A DNA stretch of 64,000 nt from positions 13,320-77,319 of the IMG/VR virus record IMGVR_UViG_3300028802_000008; one strand, 5' to 3'. Numbering within the stretch: position 1 is the stretch's first letter; each line of letters opens with the position of its first letter. The position numbers and the translations under genes are program-made. Shown here one piece after another: positions 60,212-64,000 of this stretch. The notes beneath the pieces were generated by a model that worked only from the letters and a program-made list of their open reading frames with translations, was not told where the DNA came from and made no database searches. The stretch is from a virus.

Positions 60212-61156
60212 TCAAGCTGAAGCTCCTTCGGTGACGTAGTCGACTTCACGGTCGACCTCGTAAGTGGCCCTTGCGGGTATCCAAAACTTGCCGGAATATT
60301 TTCCGAACAACAAGCCACGGTCGTACTCGGGTCCGTACCGGGCGTAGTGGCCGCGGACGAATCCCTGCGGGACGCCGCCGATCACCTTGTCAGTGTCGCC
60401 CTTCTGGTGGCGGTACGACTTGCTGGTCTTCTTGATGACGATCTTCTGCGGGTTGACGCCAAGCCGCTCCAACCGTCGGCGCTCCGGGCGGGTGCGCTGC
60501 GGTGTGACGATCTCGACATTGCTGCATCCAGCCAAGGTGAAAGTCTGGAACCAGACCTGCATCGCGTTCTGGTGGATGAACGCCGACCTTTCGGGATCAC
60601 CGAAGTCGTAGAGGGCAGTCCATCTTATGTCCGCCATCTGCCCGTCGTCGTAGACGGCCACGTCCCAGCGGTACAGCGGGCCGCTCGTGGTGACGGGGTT
60701 CCCGTTGCTGGAACGCCCACCGATCCACAGGACGCCAACGAAGCGGTAACGGACATCCGCCCAGCGGACCTCGTTCTCGGTCTCCCACAGGTACGGCGGC
60801 TTGGACTGGTCCCACTCGTCCGATTTCCAGCGATCTTCCTCCCGGTCGATCGAGTAAACTTGTACGACGTGGACGTTGCCGTGCTGGTTCTGGTAGCAGA
60901 TGAGGGCGTTGTCCCAGACCGGCATCAAGCGGTATTCGTCGTAGAGCTTGACCGCTGGGCCGTTCGTGATCTGATGGTACATCGTCGTGGCGTCGATGAT
61001 CTGACAAGGGAAGTCGCGGACGAGTTCCAGCAGACTCAGGTGAACCTTACGCATCTCGTCCACGACTTCGGGGTCGTCGTGCTGGGCGCTGTTGGCCGGG
61101 TCCATCACCCGACCCATTTTGAGATCGCGCACGACCTTGGCGATTGCCTCGCTCAT
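60212..61156 (-). CDS. hypothetical phage protein
   Basis: C-terminal VRGH..Y...GLLFGK..G.FWIP motif. Confidence 0.75.
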   Translation of the reverse strand: MSEAIAKVVRDLKMGRVMDPANSAQHDDPEVVDEMRKVHLSLLELVRDFPCQIIDATTMYHQITNGPAVKLYDEYRLMPVWDNALICYQNQHGNVHVVQVYSIDREEDRWKSDEWDQSKPPYLWETENEVRWADVRYRFVGVLWIGGRSSNGNPVTTSGPLYRWDVAVYDDGQMADIRWTALYDFGDPERSAFIHQNAMQVWFQTFTLAGCSNVEIVTPQRTRPERRRLERLGVNPQKIVIKKTSKSYRHQKGDTDKVIGGVPQGFVRGHYARYGPEYDRGLLFGKYSGKFWIPARATYEVDREVDYVTEGASA

Positions 61157-61319
61157 GACTGCTTCCCATATTCAAGTACAAGTATCTCGTGGTACCTCAT
61201 GCGCCACCTGTTGGCAGCTTGTGTCCATTCGTGGTCCTGCTCTTCCCAGTTGCCGCCACTGACATTGGCGATGATGCCCCAAGCAGATTCAAGAGCACCC
61301 AGCAGTTCGTCGCGTTGAT

Positions 61320-61619
61320 TCAAGATACCTTCTCCACGAACAGAGCGTCGAACTGGTCGGCGGTGTAGACGCGCAGGTCTCCCGCAGCGTCGATGGCGAC
61401 CCAATCGGTTGCATGGGCGTATTCGTCACCGAACTTGGTCCGTGCTCGGATGACGGGAGTGTTCCGCGGCGGCGTGGTCATCCCGAAGTCGTCGTAGGTG
61501 ATCAGAGCGTTCGGCACGGTCTCGCGCACCCACTCCAGAATCGGGATGGCGGCTTCCACGGTGCCGTCCCACGGGACGGCCTCGATGACTTGCAGGGTGC
61601 GCTGTTCGTAGGTACTCAT
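61320..61619 (-). CDS. hypothetical phage protein
   Basis: IEAVPWDG...DWV...F...F motif. Confidence 0.65.
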   Translation of the reverse strand: MSTYEQRTLQVIEAVPWDGTVEAAIPILEWVRETVPNALITYDDFGMTTPPRNTPVIRARTKFGDEYAHATDWVAIDAAGDLRVYTADQFDALFVEKVS

Positions 61620-61876
61620 GATTCCCTCAATTCATCGAACACCTTGGTCAAGGCAGTCTGGTATCCCTCGGGGTTGAACTTGATCAACAGGCTGGTGGCA
61701 CGATCGGCGTGGCATCGCGACCACCGGACGGCCAGGTGGTCGCCCTCCTGGGTCCAGGTGCTCTCCCAGACGCTGCCGTCGTGATCGGAGAGCCAGACAA
61801 GTCCGGGTTCGCCGTGGTGGTAGGGAAGGGTGTCCTCTGCATTGTGATGCAAGCGGGGTGGGTTGATCCAGGGCAT
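61616..61876 (-). CDS. hypothetical protein
   Basis: TAATG coupling with upstream gene. Confidence 0.5.
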   Translation of the reverse strand: MPWINPPRLHHNAEDTLPYHHGEPGLVWLSDHDGSVWESTWTQEGDHLAVRWSRCHADRATSLLIKFNPEGYQTALTKVFDELRES

Positions 61877-62223
61877 TATTTCAAGTCCTCTATTCTTTGA
61901 GTGAGAAGTCCAAGTGTTCTGTATGGCGGCGATCGCCAAGGTTCCAGGTGGAGAATCCAGTGACCGCGTTGTGAGATTTCGGGATCTGCGTCTTCGACGG
62001 CGATCACCAGGCTCCAGTCGAGAATCGACATGGGGTCGGTCCAGGCGGGCAGGTCATTGTCCGTGATATCGGGAGTTCCGCCGTCGTCGTTGAAGACATC
62101 GTCGGCGTCCATGATCACGTCGCCGTACTCGCGGATCAAGGCCTCGACCTTGTCGCAGAGTTCGTCCCAGCGGGGTTTGCGCTCAAGTCGATTCATATAT
62201 CTCCAACGCTTGTTCGTAGTCAT
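61876..62223 (-). CDS. hypothetical protein
   Basis: Acidic ORF in leftward operon. Confidence 0.55.
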   Translation of the reverse strand: MTTNKRWRYMNRLERKPRWDELCDKVEALIREYGDVIMDADDVFNDDGGTPDITDNDLPAWTDPMSILDWSLVIAVEDADPEISQRGHWILHLEPWRSPPYRTLGLLTQRIEDLK

Positions 62224-62500
62224 CGGCCTCGATCGTCAGGATCTCGTCGTCGGGATGTTCTATGAAGTCAGCACAGGTGCAGGCGTCGGGCTGGAAGTCG
62301 AGCGCCCACACCTGGAGACACCGGCCGCACTTGACGATCAGGTACTGGTCCATCACTCGGACATCTCCTTGACGTGCAGATCCATGAGTTCCCAACAACT
62401 CGGGCCTTCCAGGTGGTGCCCGCACTTGCAGTCGATCGCGGTGGGCGGCATCCCGGTCCCGCGGACAACGAAGTGCTCAGCGTCGGGAGGTCCGTTGAAA

Positions 62501-62758
62501 TCAGGCACGCGTCACCGCCAGCTTGAACAGGAAGTGCTCGGGTACGGCGTTGTGCGGGAGGATGTCCGGGTTGGCCTCGCTCACCGGCATCGCGTCCAGC
62601 ACCCTCGCTTCGTATTCCAGCCACCCGTACTGGGGGTCGTTGGGGCGAAACATGAATCGGAACGACTCAACTTCGGGGGGTGCGGCCACCACCCACCAGG
62701 CGATGTCGTCGCCAACGGTGAAATGCAGGTCGTCGGGCATGATCTCGATGATGTTCAC
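62501..62758 (-). CDS. hypothetical protein
   Basis: GTGA coupling. Confidence 0.5.
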   Translation of the reverse strand: MNIIEIMPDDLHFTVGDDIAWWVVAAPPEVESFRFMFRPNDPQYGWLEYEARVLDAMPVSEANPDILPHNAVPEHFLFKLAVTRA

Positions 62759-63042
62759 GCGGGCTCCATGTACTTGATTGCAGGGACGAGCACTTCGATG
62801 ATGATCCAGTGGTGCGACAACGGCGTCAGAGTACGCATCGTGAACGCCCCGTCGCGAACCTCCAGGATCTTCCCGGTCGCGTCGAAATCTTCAAGCGTGT
62901 AGCGGACCCGGCCAGCGACGACCATCACGTCGGCCACCACACGGACGTGGTCGCCGACGCCGAGATGGAAGTTCTGAAAGGCTTGCGGAAGGCTTGGGGA
63001 AGGCTTGGCCAATGCTTGGGGGGGTGCGTGTGATTGTTCCAT
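62755..63042 (-). CDS. hypothetical protein, probably leaderless
   Basis: ATG 8 nt after the -10 box. Confidence 0.5.
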   Translation of the reverse strand: MEQSHAPPQALAKPSPSLPQAFQNFHLGVGDHVRVVADVMVVAGRVRYTLEDFDATGKILEVRDGAFTMRTLTPLSHHWIIIEVLVPAIKYMEPA

Positions 63043-63050
63043 GAGAGGGC

Positions 63051-63078
63051 ATCATATCAAAATGATAGCCGTTGTCAA
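63051..63078 (-). promoter_or_regulatory. strong SigA promoter for leftward operon
   Basis: TTGACA-N16-TATGAT. Confidence 0.75.
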
Positions 63079-63216
63079 CTCTCTGCCAGATGGGCCGGGT
63101 CTTCAGGAACTTCAGGTTCGCGACTACCAGGCGGACAGCCACCAGCAGCCACAGATCCCACCCGATCTCGGGTAGGCCCGCAATTGGCCATATGGAGGGG
63201 GGTGTTTAGAAGCGTT

Positions 63217-63503
63217 TGTTGACGTGTTGACGTGTTGACATCACTAAACCCCCACAGATACCCCCAAAGGGGTCAAGGTATCTGTTATCGGCAAGTATAA
63301 AGCAAAAGGTAAGAGAAATCGGAAAACAACGTCAACATGTCAACAAACAACAACAACACTACTTACTACTATATATATATACCTATTTACCTGGGGTTTT
63401 CCATTTGATAAGCGTGTTGACGGGGGTTGTCAACAAATGTCAACATGGTCAACACGATTTTGAGTATGTTGACAATGTTGACGCGGCAGGGCTCCGTGTT
63501 GAC
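63217..63503. repeat. about 12 TGTTGAC/GTCAACA iteron-like repeats around an AT-rich core (candidate origin)
   Basis: Copies at 63217, 63225, 63233, 63331, 63339, 63415, 63429, 63439, 63448, 63467, 63476, 63497; (TA)n near 63369-63381. Confidence 0.85.
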
Positions 63504-63661
63504 GCGGGGGGAGGTGTGCAGGGGAGGGCCGAACCCTGGTTTGTGGCTGCTCAGGGGTGATGGCTGAGAACTCGATGCCTGAAAACCGGTTCTATATTCT
63601 CTCTTATAAGCGGTTTATTCGGGACCAAAATGGATCGGGAGTGGCAAGAGAACACACGAAA

Positions 63662-63786
63662 GACCCCGGTTTGGGGCAATTTTTGCCCCAAACCGGGGTC
63701 GTTTTGGCTTCCGATTCGGCTTGCCGAATCGGAAGCCAAAACCGATATCGCGCCGCGTGCGCGTGCCGATAATGCCGATTATCGGC
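63662..63786. repeat. two abutting perfect palindromes plus a third short one
   Basis: 18-bp arms (63662-63700), 20-bp arms (63701-63742), 9-bp arms (63765-63786). Confidence 0.9.
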
Positions 63787-64000
63787 GGCTTTTGTTGCAC
63801 GCGCAAGCTAACGCGCAATCCACGCGCACGCGGCAGGGGAGCGCACGCGCACGCGGTCGCACGCGGGAGCGCACGCGCCGACCCCTCCCGACCCCTCCCG
63901 GTACCCCTCCACGCGTTACTTGCGCGTGCAATAGAATATATTGTTGAGCCTACGCGTCCCATTAATTGCGCTCTCCACGCGTACCCCTCTCCACGCGTGC

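Noticed and set aside
63662-63742. Protelomerase telRL site
   Set aside because: No protelomerase-like gene recognised; the recombinase has ordinary Xer-type motifs.

Overview
The window is most of a tailed (siphovirus-like) actinobacterial phage genome, with no host housekeeping genes visible. The left arm (1-17.6 kb, + strand) holds early and accessory genes: a Xer-like tyrosine recombinase, an SLT-like lipoprotein, an HNH nuclease, an oligoribonuclease, an SSB-like protein, a SNF2 helicase, a DnaN-like clamp, RusA, two DNA methyltransferases and WhiB. The right arm (17.7-63 kb, - strand) runs, in transcription order, from an AEP primase and Zn-finger/helicase to terminase, portal, HNH, protease/scaffold, decoration, capsid, tail, tape measure, tail fibre, the lysis cassette and a 3014-aa repeat fibre protein. 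A single + strand Cas4-like nuclease gene interrupts this arm. The right end (63.1-64 kb) is non-coding, with about 12 TGTTGAC repeats and two abutting perfect palindromes (candidate origin or packaging region). The most notable observations are: (1) both HNH genes end in a duplicated copy of the 3' end of the gene just upstream, recoded mostly at synonymous sites, which suggests an intron-less gene-tail-replacement homing strategy; (2) three GTTAC-N6-GTAAC elements punctuate a run of tiny accessory ORFs like cassette boundaries; (3) the giant fibre has two repeat types and lies beside two small structural proteins; (4) there are structured non-coding elements after whiB and before the primase; (5) one gene points to an Acidimicrobiia host. 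All annotations come from motif recognition by eye; no database searches were run.
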